A DNA stretch of 64,000 nt, from positions 12,233 to 76,232 of the IMG/VR virus record IMGVR_UViG_3300032288_003533; one strand, given 5' to 3'. Each line of letters begins with the position of its first letter. Positions within the stretch are counted from its first letter, which is position 1. Origin of the DNA: a virus. Below, one piece after another: positions 19,672 to 29,421 of the stretch. The position numbers and the translations under genes are program-made. The notes beneath the pieces were generated by a model, which was not told where the DNA came from, searched no databases, and saw only the letters and a list, made by a program, of their open reading frames with translations.

Positions 19672-20978
19672 AAAAAGAAACAATAAGAAAAATAATTGAT
19701 TTTATTGAAAATCAAGAAAAAAAAGCACCAACAATTAAAGGTTCTTTCTTATGGAAACTTGTGGTTCAGGAACCATTAACAAAAGAAGAGTTAAATCATA
19801 AAGGTAATTTGGATTTGACACATTCAACAATAACACAATTACCAAAAGGATTGAAAGTTGGGGGATATTTAAATTTAGGAGCAACAGAAATAGAATTTTT
19901 ACCAGAAGGATTGGAAGTTGGAGGTGGTTTATCTTTAGCATTTTCAAATATAAAATCCTTACCAAAAGGCTTGAAAGTTAGGGGGGATTTGAATTTAGAT
20001 AATACAAAAATAACTTCATTACCAGAAGGATTGAAAGTTGGGGGTGTTATATATGCAACAGATTCTAATCTACTTAATTTATTAGAAATACCAAAAAACA
20101 TAGAAACTGAAGGAATTATAACTAACACCAAATTATTACTTAATCCAAATTTAAAAATAAATAGGGGTTTGAATTTATCAAATTCAAAAATAACATCCTT
20201 ACCAAAAGGATTAAAAGTTAATGGTAATTTGATATTGAGTATTTCAAAAATAACAGAATTACCAAAAGGTTTGGAAGTTGGAGGTGATTTGGACTTAAAT
20301 AATTCAAAAATAACCTCATTACCAGAAGGATTGAAAGTTGGAGGTATGATTTATGCAAATATGTTTAATTTAGTAGAAATACCAAAAAATATAGAAACTA
20401 TAGGAATTATAACTAACACCAATGTACTACTTTCAAGTTTAACAATAAAAAATAACTTGTATTTAGCAGGTTCAAAAATAACCTCATTACCAAAAGGCTT
20501 GAAAGTTTATGGGAATATGAGTTTAGGGCAGAGTAAAATAAAAACATTACCAGAAGGGTTAGAAGTTGGTGGTTGGCTAAATATTTCTGATACTATGATA
20601 AGAACATTACCAAAAGGATTAAAAGTTGGTGGTTCTCTGGTTATATCTTATACAAGGATAGGAAAACTACCAAAAGGATTAAAAGTTGGGGGTATTATCT
20701 ATGCAGATAAAACTTATCTATCTAATATAGATGAAATACCAAAAGATGTAATAACTAGTGGAATTTTAACTCACAACAAATTAATAATTAATCCAAATTT
20801 ACCAATAAATAATGACTTAGATTTATCTAAGTCAACAATAAATTCATTACCAAAAGGATTAAAAGTTAATGGTAATTTAAATATTAAGAAATCAAGATTG
20901 GCAGTACATTCAGACAATGGTTTATTAGAAATGATTGGGGATGATGGCTATATAAAAGGTTCAATAATTAGATATTAA
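19668..20978 (+). CDS. Capped LRR-like repeat protein B1 (about 12 canonical repeats plus 3 variant modules)
   Basis: ATGA overlap with the protease stop; caps and repeats as in the family. Confidence 0.85.
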   Translation: MKKETIRKIIDFIENQEKKAPTIKGSFLWKLVVQEPLTKEELNHKGNLDLTHSTITQLPKGLKVGGYLNLGATEIEFLPEGLEVGGGLSLAFSNIKSLPKGLKVRGDLNLDNTKITSLPEGLKVGGVIYATDSNLLNLLEIPKNIETEGIITNTKLLLNPNLKINRGLNLSNSKITSLPKGLKVNGNLILSISKITELPKGLEVGGDLDLNNSKITSLPEGLKVGGMIYANMFNLVEIPKNIETIGIITNTNVLLSSLTIKNNLYLAGSKITSLPKGLKVYGNMSLGQSKIKTLPEGLEVGGWLNISDTMIRTLPKGLKVGGSLVISYTRIGKLPKGLKVGGIIYADKTYLSNIDEIPKDVITSGILTHNKLIINPNLPINNDLDLSKSTINSLPKGLKVNGNLNIKKSRLAVHSDNGLLEMIGDDGYIKGSIIRY

Positions 20979-21379
20979 TGGAAATAGCAACATTAAAAAA
21001 CATATTTAATTTCCTTGAAGGAAGTGAAAAAAAGTTCTCCATAAAATGGAAAATGATGAATAAAATCCCCTTTACTAAAGAACAATTACACGTCAAAGGT
21101 GATTTGGATTTACAAGGGGAAGACATACAACAATTGCCAGATGGGCTATATGTTAAACGTAATTTATTGTTAAATGCCACACCAATAAAAAAATTGCCAA
21201 AAGGTTTAAGAGTTGGTGGCAATTTGGAATTACAAGATTGTGAAAATTTAAAATCCCTACCAAAAGATTTAAAAGTTCGTGGGGGTATATGGCTTGCTGG
21301 TACACCATTAGGAAGAATGTCAGATGAGAAAATATTAAACATAGTAAAACCAGATGGTTATATAGGTAAAATATATTAA
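20978..21379 (+). CDS. Capped LRR-like repeat protein B2 (3 repeats)
   Basis: Family architecture. Confidence 0.85.
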   Translation: MEIATLKNIFNFLEGSEKKFSIKWKMMNKIPFTKEQLHVKGDLDLQGEDIQQLPDGLYVKRNLLLNATPIKKLPKGLRVGGNLELQDCENLKSLPKDLKVRGGIWLAGTPLGRMSDEKILNIVKPDGYIGKIY

Positions 21380-21380
21380 A

Positions 21381-21971
21381 ATGAAAGAAGAAACATTAGG
21401 AAAGATATTTGAATTTATCAAAGAAAACAGCAAACAAAATTTACCATTATTTTGGAAAATGAAAAATAATATACCATTAACAGAAGAAGATTTGACTGTT
21501 AAAGGTGATTTAAATTTACATAATTCAAAAATAACATCCTTACCAGATGGATTAAAAGTTGAGGGTGAATTGGATTTATCATATTCAAATATAAAATCAT
21601 TACCAAAAGGTTTAATAGTTAATAGCCACTTAATATTAGAAGAATCAGAAATACGTTCTTTACCAGAAGGTTTAAAAGTTGGGGGCAATTTAATGTTAGC
21701 AAGTTGTGAATATATTTTTTCATTACCAAAAGGATTAAAAGTTGGACATATTTTAGATTTAACAAAATCAAATATAAAAACATTACCAGAAGGATTGGAG
21801 GTTGGACATAGTTTATGGCTATTTGGATGTTGGGGTTTAACCTCATTACCAAAAGGCTTGAAAGTTGGGGGTGACTTAAATATTTATAAAACAAAATTAG
21901 AAGAATATTCAGATGATGAATTAAGAGAAATGATTAAACCAGGATTTATAAAAGGTTCAATAAATAGATAA
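21381..21971 (+). CDS. Capped LRR-like repeat protein B3 (6 repeats)
   Basis: Family architecture. Confidence 0.85.
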   Translation: MKEETLGKIFEFIKENSKQNLPLFWKMKNNIPLTEEDLTVKGDLNLHNSKITSLPDGLKVEGELDLSYSNIKSLPKGLIVNSHLILEESEIRSLPEGLKVGGNLMLASCEYIFSLPKGLKVGHILDLTKSNIKTLPEGLEVGHSLWLFGCWGLTSLPKGLKVGGDLNIYKTKLEEYSDDELREMIKPGFIKGSINR

Positions 21972-21973
21972 TA

Positions 21974-22564
21974 ATGGAAAAAGAAACATTAAAAAGAATA
22001 TTTGATTTTATTGAAGGGAATGAAGGGCATAAAAAACCATTATTTTGGAAATTGAAAAATAATATACCATTAACAGAAGAAGATTTAACTGTTAAAGGTG
22101 ATTTAAATTTAGAAAATTCAAAAATAACATCCTTACCAGATGGTTTGAAAGTTGAGGGTGATTTGATGTTAACCTTTTCAAAAATAACCTCATTACCAGA
22201 TAATTTACAAGTTGGGGGTCATTTAAACATAGTTGGTTGTGATGCCATAAACTCATTACCAAAAGGATTAAAAGTTGGCGACAGTATTCAATTATCCCCA
22301 AAACGAATAGTTTCCATTGGGGAAGGATTGTTTGTTGGTGGGGATTTAAATTTATTTAATAGCCAAATAAAATCATTACCCCAAGGAGTTAAAATTGGGG
22401 GGGAGTTAGGTTTATCCTTTACAAAACTAGAAACATTACCAAAAGGTTTGATAGTTAAAGGTGGTTTGGAGATTGCTGGAACACCATTAGAAAACTATTC
22501 AAATAAAGAATTAAGAGATATGGTTAAACCTGGTGTTATAAAAGGTCCAATAATTAGAGATTAG
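21974..22564 (+). CDS. Capped LRR-like repeat protein B4 (6 repeats)
   Basis: Family architecture. Confidence 0.85.
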   Translation: MEKETLKRIFDFIEGNEGHKKPLFWKLKNNIPLTEEDLTVKGDLNLENSKITSLPDGLKVEGDLMLTFSKITSLPDNLQVGGHLNIVGCDAINSLPKGLKVGDSIQLSPKRIVSIGEGLFVGGDLNLFNSQIKSLPQGVKIGGELGLSFTKLETLPKGLIVKGGLEIAGTPLENYSNKELRDMVKPGVIKGPIIRD

Positions 22565-22566
22565 AA

Positions 22567-23790
22567 ATGAAAATAGAAACATTAAAAAGAATATTTGATT
22601 TTATTGAAAATAAAGAAAACAAAAAACATAAAGCCAAAGCAACTTTAAAGTGGAAGTTGTTTTTTAATGAACCATTAACAAAAGATGATTTGATTGTTAA
22701 TGGAAATTTGGATTTGGCAAATTCAAAAATAACATCTTTACCTGAAGGATTGGAAATTAAGGGTACTTTGGATTTAAGAAATTGCACAAGTTTAACATCA
22801 TTACCACAAGGATTGAAAGTTGGGGGTAATTTATATTTAATTAGTTCAAAAATAACATCTTTGCCTGAAGGATTGGAAATTAAGGGTACTTTGGATTTAA
22901 GAAATTGCACAAGTTTAACATCATTACCAGAAGGATTAGAAGTTGGTGGTGATTTAAATTTATCTAATTGCACAAGTTTAACATCATTACCACAAGGATT
23001 GAAAGTTAAAGGAGATTTAGATTTATATGGTTGTAAAAACTTAAAATACTTACCAATAGGATTGATAGTTGTTGGTGATATAAATTTACAATACTCAACA
23101 ATAACAACCTTACCAGAAGGCTTAAAAGTTGGTGGTGATTTGAATTTATATAATTGCAAAAGTTTAAAATCCCTACCAAAAGTATTGAAAGTTGGTGGTT
23201 TTTTAAATTTAAACAAATGCACAAGTTTAACATCATTACCAGAAGGATTAGAAGTTGGGGGTACATTATATTTAAAGAATTGTTCCAAATTAAAATCATT
23301 ACCAATAGGGTTGAAAATTGGGGAGGCTTTGCAATTGAATGATACAAATATAACTACTCTCCCAAAAGATTTGAAATTTGTTACTGATTTGGATTTATCA
23401 GGTTCTAAAATAATGTCATTACCAGATAATTTACATGTTAGGGGTAGGTTAGATTTGGCTTTTTGCGAAAATTTAACTTCATTACCAACTGGATTAAAAG
23501 TTGATGGTGATTTAATATTAACCTTTGCAAAAATAACCTCATTACCAGATAATTTACAAGTTGGCAAATATTTGGATTTGGGTAATACAAAAATAACTTC
23601 ACTACCTAAAGGGTTAAAAGTTGGTAGTAGATTGAATATAAGTGGTACACAAATAACCTCATTACCAAAAGGACTAAAAGTTGGAGAAAATTTACTTATA
23701 GTGAACACAAATTTAAAAAAATATACTGATGAGGAATTAAGAGAAATGGTTAAGCCTGGATTTATAAAAGGTGAAATATATAGAGGATAA
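22567..23790 (+). CDS. Capped LRR-like repeat protein B5 (16 repeats)
   Basis: Family architecture; internal duplication with a 123-nt period. Confidence 0.85.
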   Translation: MKIETLKRIFDFIENKENKKHKAKATLKWKLFFNEPLTKDDLIVNGNLDLANSKITSLPEGLEIKGTLDLRNCTSLTSLPQGLKVGGNLYLISSKITSLPEGLEIKGTLDLRNCTSLTSLPEGLEVGGDLNLSNCTSLTSLPQGLKVKGDLDLYGCKNLKYLPIGLIVVGDINLQYSTITTLPEGLKVGGDLNLYNCKSLKSLPKVLKVGGFLNLNKCTSLTSLPEGLEVGGTLYLKNCSKLKSLPIGLKIGEALQLNDTNITTLPKDLKFVTDLDLSGSKIMSLPDNLHVRGRLDLAFCENLTSLPTGLKVDGDLILTFAKITSLPDNLQVGKYLDLGNTKITSLPKGLKVGSRLNISGTQITSLPKGLKVGENLLIVNTNLKKYTDEELREMVKPGFIKGEIYRG

Positions 23791-23865
23791 AAAAATTTAA
23801 TTATTTTTAATTATTTTTACAAAAAAAATAACTATATTTATACAAACAAATAAAAAACAATACCT

Positions 23866-24075
23866 ATGGATGAAAAATTCTTTGTTGCCAAATTAACTTT
23901 TTCTCTACCTGATGAGAATACTGGTAAAATGAAAAAAGTAAGAGAAGAGAAACTAGTGAAGGGTTATTCTGTAACAGATGTTGAAGCAAAAGTTACTGAA
24001 AAATATCAAAATTTCACACAAGATTGGAGGATAACTTCTGTATCAGAATCAAAAATTGATGAAGTTTTTCAATAA
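23866..24075 (+). CDS. Small protein resembling DUF4494-type domain
   Basis: GKMKKVREEKLV..SVTDVEAKV...ITSVSESKIDEVF pattern; recalled similarity only. Confidence 0.5.
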   Translation: MDEKFFVAKLTFSLPDENTGKMKKVREEKLVKGYSVTDVEAKVTEKYQNFTQDWRITSVSESKIDEVFQ

Positions 24076-24095
24076 AAACTAATTGTTTTTCTCTT

Positions 24096-24134
24096 AAACC
24101 CCTAGCATAAAAAATGTTAGGGGTTTTTTATTTT
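24096..24134 (+). terminator. Intrinsic terminator
   Basis: AAACCCCTAGCAT...ATGTTAGGGGTTT followed by a T-run. Confidence 0.75.
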
Positions 24135-24203
24135 AAAAAAAATAATGATAATCAGTAACTTTTTTACTTTTTGATATATTTATTATAAAAATAAATAAAA
24201 ATT

Positions 24204-25889
24204 ATGCAACCAGAAAAAAATTTAGTAGAAGAAGCACTAATTCAAATGAAACAAATTGAAGATGTGCTTGCAGAAAACGCAAAAGGAATACTTTCTTCAA
24301 CAATGAAGGAAGAAATCGAAGAGTTGGTTAAAGAATCTTTAAATGAACAAGAAGATATTGAAGATGATGAGACTGATTTAGATATGGATGATAATGAATC
24401 TGAGTTAGATATGGAAGATGATATGGATATGGAAGATGATATGGAAGATGAGGATGAAATGGATATGGAAGATGACATAGAAGATGAGGATGAAATGGAT
24501 ATGGATGATGATGTGATTGATATGAGGGGTGCATCACAAAGTGAACTTTTAAAAGTGTTTAAAGCAATGGATGATGAAGATGGTATAATTATATCAAAAG
24601 ATGGTAATGATATTTCATTAACTGATGAAGATTCTGATTCTGAATATTTAATAAAACTAGGTGAACAAATAGAAGATTTTGGTTCTGGTATGGATGATGA
24701 TATGGAATATGATGCTCAAGAACATGGTATGAGATATTTTAATGATGACGATGAAGAAGGTGATTTTGAACCTTTTGATGACGAAAATGAAGATGTTGAT
24801 ATGGACTATGCTATGAGCAAAAGACTTGGTTTGAAATATTTTAATGACAACGAAGATGATGATGATATGGAATTTGATGATCAAGATTATCAACCAATAG
24901 AAGAGGAAGATTATGATACTCAATCAACAATTGATAAAATTTTTGAAAAAACAAATAAAAATAACAATATTATTTATGAAATAGAAATGGAAGACGAAGA
25001 AGAGTTTGATATGGAAGATGAAGAAGAGTTTGATATGGAAGATGAAGAAGAGTTTGATATGGATATGGAAGATGATGAAGATTTTGATTGTTCTAATTTT
25101 AGCACTTCAGATTATTTAGCCAAAAACCCAAAAGCAACAATTTCAGATGTATATGATTATTTAAAAGAAAAAGGTTGTTTAAGTGGTAGTGCTGATAGTA
25201 TTGGGGAAGATTATAATTATTTAGGTGAAGCTAAAAAGGCTTCCAAATTTAAGTACAAGATGCCAAAAAATGGGTTTAATGAAAAAATGAAAGAGGGTCC
25301 TAAAAAAATGGGAACAGGTAAAGCCAAGTTTGATTATGACAAATCTGGTGCAAATGTTGGTGGTAAAATGAAAAAAGTATCAACTAGCAAAAAACAAGAA
25401 ACAAAAGAAGCATCAAGAACTTATGGTATGGGAAGTAAAGCTGGTAGAGGTCTAAAGAAAGGCATAACACCAAATAGAAATTTACATTTAGAAGCTCTGG
25501 AAAACCAAGTTTTAGAATTAAAACAAAAGAATAATGATTATAAAAAATCATTAAATATTTTCAGAGAGAAACTAAACGATGTTGCAATTTTCAATGCTAA
25601 TTTGGCATATGCAACAAGATTGTTCACAGAACACTCAACTACTAAAAAAGAAAAAATAAACATTTTAAGGAGATTTGATAATGTACAAACATTACAAGAA
25701 TCAAAAAACTTATATTCAACTATAAATAATGAGTTGTCAAAAGATTCAAAATCACCTTTAAGTGAATCTGTTAATCGTAAAATATCAAATGTTGCATCAA
25801 CAGGTTCATCTGCTAACTTGATTGAATCAAAAACTTATGAAAATCCTCAATTTTTGAGGATGAAGGATTTGATGGGTAAATTAGGTTAA
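24204..25889 (+). CDS. Prohead scaffold/core protein (gp22-like), highly acidic
   Basis: Immediately precedes the capsid gene; D/E/M-rich tracts; C-terminal coiled coil. Confidence 0.7.
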   Translation: MQPEKNLVEEALIQMKQIEDVLAENAKGILSSTMKEEIEELVKESLNEQEDIEDDETDLDMDDNESELDMEDDMDMEDDMEDEDEMDMEDDIEDEDEMDMDDDVIDMRGASQSELLKVFKAMDDEDGIIISKDGNDISLTDEDSDSEYLIKLGEQIEDFGSGMDDDMEYDAQEHGMRYFNDDDEEGDFEPFDDENEDVDMDYAMSKRLGLKYFNDNEDDDDMEFDDQDYQPIEEEDYDTQSTIDKIFEKTNKNNNIIYEIEMEDEEEFDMEDEEEFDMEDEEEFDMDMEDDEDFDCSNFSTSDYLAKNPKATISDVYDYLKEKGCLSGSADSIGEDYNYLGEAKKASKFKYKMPKNGFNEKMKEGPKKMGTGKAKFDYDKSGANVGGKMKKVSTSKKQETKEASRTYGMGSKAGRGLKKGITPNRNLHLEALENQVLELKQKNNDYKKSLNIFREKLNDVAIFNANLAYATRLFTEHSTTKKEKINILRRFDNVQTLQESKNLYSTINNELSKDSKSPLSESVNRKISNVASTGSSANLIESKTYENPQFLRMKDLMGKLG

Positions 25890-25915
25890 TAAAAATAAAT
25901 AAAAAAAAATAAAAA

Positions 25916-27697
25916 ATGGGAGCATTATTAGAATCAGGTCTTGTTGGTAATATTGGGTTGAAACACCTTAAAGTTATCAAAGAGGACACAATTAACAAAT
26001 GGAATAAATTAGGATTCCTTGAAGGCTTAAAAGGTCATTTAAAAGAGAATGTTGCACAGTTGTATGAAAACCAAGCATCATATCTTATTAATGAAGCAGC
26101 TAGTACATCTGATACTGGTGCATTTGAAACAGTTGTTTTCCCAATTGTTAGGAGAGTATTCTCTAAATTATTGGCAAATGATATTGTTTCAGTACAAGCA
26201 ATGAATTTACCTATTGGTAAATTATTCTTCTTTGTACCTCAAATTCAAGAAAGAACTAATACTACTGAACATTGGGCACCTTATGGTTCACCTAATGCAG
26301 CAACTGGTCAAACACCATCTTCTGGTTATGATTCAAACACATATAAAAATCTATATGATAGATTTTATGAAGGTAGCGAGCCTGGTTTAAATCCAGAAGG
26401 TCTTTATGACTATTCAAAAGGGCAATATTCTGCTATAACATCAAATTTAACTACTGTTGCTTGGTCTAATGGTGAATTAATTGCTTCTGCTTATTCACAG
26501 ACTGACTATAGAAAAGTATTAGTTGTTATGTCTGGATTCACAGGTGATGGTGCAGGTAAATTAATTGGCCCAGATGGTCATCCAATGGATAATGAAAGTT
26601 TCTTAGCTGGTTTAGTAGTTTTAGGAGTATCAACAAATTCAACAACTTCAGGTAGTACAAATACTCCATATTTATTTAGAGTTGTTACTCAAAAATATGG
26701 AAAAGGTATTGTGCAATATGGATCACAAACATCACATACATTTGGTAGTTATACTGATGGTGGTGGTACTTATAATAATATTTGTGATGCTGAAGGTAAA
26801 ATATATTTAGAGATTGATTTACAAACTCCAGCAACTGTGGGTGCAAATTCTTTAGATGGTTATACTGGATCAACATTTACATCTTCAACAGCAGCAGGTA
26901 ATGCGCTAAAATGTGTTTATAGAGTTTATAAAAATCTTGAATTTGAAGATAAAATTGGTGAGGTTTCTTTTGATTTACAATCTGTAACTGTTTCAGTAAC
27001 TGAACGTAAATTAAGAGCACAATGGTCACCAGAAATGGCACAAGATGTTGCTGCATTCCATAACATTGATGCTGAAGCAGAATTAACTGCTTTATTATCA
27101 GAGCAAATTGCAGCTGAAATTGATAGAGAAATTTTAAGAGACCTTAGAAAAGGTGCTGCTTGGAACTTACGTTGGGATTACAATGGTTGGAAGAGATTGG
27201 GTACAAATGCTATCCCTTACACACAGAAAGACTGGAATCAAACATTAATCACAACTATTAACCAAGTATCAGCACAAATCCACAAATCAACATTGAGAGG
27301 TGGAGCAAACTGGATTGTGGTTTCTTCTGAAGTTAGTGCAGTTTTTGATGATTTAGAATACTTCCATGTATCAAATGCATCTCCTGAACAAGACCAATAT
27401 AATATGGGTATTGAAAGAGTTGGTACATTAGCTGGACGTTACCAAGTTTATAGAGATCCTTATTTCCCAGCAAATACAATTTTGTTAGGACACAAAGGAA
27501 CATCTTTACTTGATACTGGATATATTTATGCACCATATGTACCTCTGCAATTAACACCAACTATGTATAATCCATTTAACTTTACACCAATCAAAGGTAT
27601 TATGACACGTTATGCTAAGAAAATGGTTAATAATCGTTTCTATGGTAGAATTACTGTTGATGGTGTTAGAACATTTGACTTACAAGAGTTGAGATAA
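25916..27697 (+). CDS. Major capsid protein (T4 gp23-like)
   Basis: PIVRRVF..DIVSVQAM, RKLRAQWSPEMAQD..AFHNIDAEAEL, YAPYVPL, GIMTRY. Confidence 0.96.
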   Translation: MGALLESGLVGNIGLKHLKVIKEDTINKWNKLGFLEGLKGHLKENVAQLYENQASYLINEAASTSDTGAFETVVFPIVRRVFSKLLANDIVSVQAMNLPIGKLFFFVPQIQERTNTTEHWAPYGSPNAATGQTPSSGYDSNTYKNLYDRFYEGSEPGLNPEGLYDYSKGQYSAITSNLTTVAWSNGELIASAYSQTDYRKVLVVMSGFTGDGAGKLIGPDGHPMDNESFLAGLVVLGVSTNSTTSGSTNTPYLFRVVTQKYGKGIVQYGSQTSHTFGSYTDGGGTYNNICDAEGKIYLEIDLQTPATVGANSLDGYTGSTFTSSTAAGNALKCVYRVYKNLEFEDKIGEVSFDLQSVTVSVTERKLRAQWSPEMAQDVAAFHNIDAEAELTALLSEQIAAEIDREILRDLRKGAAWNLRWDYNGWKRLGTNAIPYTQKDWNQTLITTINQVSAQIHKSTLRGGANWIVVSSEVSAVFDDLEYFHVSNASPEQDQYNMGIERVGTLAGRYQVYRDPYFPANTILLGHKGTSLLDTGYIYAPYVPLQLTPTMYNPFNFTPIKGIMTRYAKKMVNNRFYGRITVDGVRTFDLQELR

Positions 27698-27718
27698 TCA
27701 ATTTTATATTGAAATAAT

Positions 27719-27755
27719 AAGAAGGGTTGCATTTTTTTGCAGCCCTTTTTTTATT
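27719..27755 (+). terminator. Intrinsic terminator after the capsid gene
   Basis: AAGGGTTGCA...TGCAGCCCTT followed by a T-run. Confidence 0.8.
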
Positions 27756-27781
27756 TGTAGATATTTATAAATAAAAATATT

Positions 27782-28141
27782 ATGAAAAATAATCCATCAT
27801 TTTTGAATGAAGATTTACGGGTTTGGTTTGGTGATAAAAAAAAACCAAAAGGTAGCAGCCAACCAAAAGGACCTTGGGTTAATATATGCAGAAAAGATTC
27901 AAATGGTAAGCATCCCCCTTGTGGTAGAGAATCTGATAGTAAGGGTGCTTATCCTAAATGTAGAGCAGCAGGTGTTGCTGGTAAGATGAGTGATGCTGAA
28001 AAGAAGTCAGCTTGTGCAAAGAAAAGAAAGGCTGAAAAACAAAATCCAAAATCTGGAACTGGTAATAAGCCAACAATGGTCACAAATGAGATAATAAGAA
28101 GAGTTATTAAGGAATTTATAAATGATAATCAGAAGCATTAA
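27782..28141 (+). CDS. Basic Cys-containing hypothetical phage protein
   Basis: GPWVNIC..PCGR..YPKC pattern; ATATTTATA upstream. Confidence 0.6.
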   Translation: MKNNPSFLNEDLRVWFGDKKKPKGSSQPKGPWVNICRKDSNGKHPPCGRESDSKGAYPKCRAAGVAGKMSDAEKKSACAKKRKAEKQNPKSGTGNKPTMVTNEIIRRVIKEFINDNQKH

Positions 28142-29303
28142 CTTCACCAACAAATTTAACATAATCTTTATTAATAAATGAACAATTTGAAACGCCATCA
28201 GTTCTTCTTGATATTATAAATAAAACTTTGTTATTTTGTACAAATAAAATATATAAGTAACCTTGTTCATCTAAATATAATTCAACTTTAACATTGCCAG
28301 TTATTTCATCAAAAGAAACATATTTATATTGTATTTTATTGCCATCTTTTATTATCAAATTTCTCTTTGGTTTTATATTAAATGCCTCCCATGCAAAACC
28401 TAATTCAACCATTCTAAAAATTGAAATGAATTGATTTGCATTTATTTCACATATTTCTTTTCTTTTATTAAATTCAATACTAATAATATCTTTGGCTTTT
28501 TCTGCAATTTTTCTATTATTTTGTATTTTTTTTTCTATATTTGAGTAATATTTTTTTCTATTTACTTCAGCATATTTTTTATTTTTTTCTAATTCTTCTT
28601 TATTTTTTGCTGATTTTTCTTTAATTTTTTCTAATTCTTCTTTGTATAATTTTACTTTTTCATTATATTCTATATCTTCTATATTTAATTTAGAATAATC
28701 ATTATCAAGTTCTTTTTTTCTTAATTTAATTTCTTTAACCTCATTTTTAATTTTATTAGTTTGTGATTTAATTTTATCATATTCTTTTTTAATTTGACTA
28801 GCTTCATTTTTAATTATATTGGTTACCCTTTCAAGTTCTTTGGTACTTTCATCCTTATTATCTTCTGGGAATAAAAAATTATAAATAGGATTATTACAAG
28901 TTTTTAAAAGATAAAAAACTGGGTATTTAATATTTGAATCACTTCCTTTTATAAAATTATTAATTGTTGTTTCAGATAAATTAGGAAATTTAAAACTATC
29001 ATTAGGATTACTATAATTTTTTGCATCAAATACTTCGCTTACACCATCAATATCAATTAAATAATCACCCTTTAATGATGCACTAGCATTCATTCTATGA
29101 AATTTACCCATTTTTTGTTTAAATTGAGTTGTAGCAGTTCTTCTTTTTGTTTTATATTCAGATGTTCTTGAATCAATATTTATAAATATATTTTTACCAT
29201 TAGGTTTGTTGGTTAATTTTTCAAACAAATCTGTATTGATTAATTTATCAAAAACAATAGCTTCAAATTTTTTACCTTCTTTTGAGGCTGATGTATTATT
29301 CAT
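28116..29303 (-). CDS. Possible PD-(D/E)xK-type nuclease with central coiled coil
   Basis: GKKFE...GDYLI...VFDAKN arrangement resembles restriction-like endonucleases. Confidence 0.4.
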   Translation of the reverse strand: MNNTSASKEGKKFEAIVFDKLINTDLFEKLTNKPNGKNIFINIDSRTSEYKTKRRTATTQFKQKMGKFHRMNASASLKGDYLIDIDGVSEVFDAKNYSNPNDSFKFPNLSETTINNFIKGSDSNIKYPVFYLLKTCNNPIYNFLFPEDNKDESTKELERVTNIIKNEASQIKKEYDKIKSQTNKIKNEVKEIKLRKKELDNDYSKLNIEDIEYNEKVKLYKEELEKIKEKSAKNKEELEKNKKYAEVNRKKYYSNIEKKIQNNRKIAEKAKDIISIEFNKRKEICEINANQFISIFRMVELGFAWEAFNIKPKRNLIIKDGNKIQYKYVSFDEITGNVKVELYLDEQGYLYILFVQNNKVLFIISRRTDGVSNCSFINKDYVKFVGEVNASDYHL

Positions 29304-29363
29304 TTAATTTAAAATTTTGGTTGATTAATTTATAGTTATAATAACTAATATTTTTTAAATAAG

Positions 29364-29410
29364 TGATAATTCAAATTATCATACAAATAGATGATAATTC
29401 AAATTATCAT
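29364..29410. promoter_or_regulatory. Tandem palindromic operator TGATAATT-CA-AATTATCA (x2)
   Basis: Two identical 8-2-8 palindromes at 29364 and 29392. Confidence 0.65.
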
Positions 29411-29421
29411 ATTTTAATACT

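Noticed and set aside
14086-27697. Introns or inteins in terminase, portal or capsid genes
   Set aside because: The ORFs are continuous and show no intein (C...HN) or homing-endonuclease motifs.
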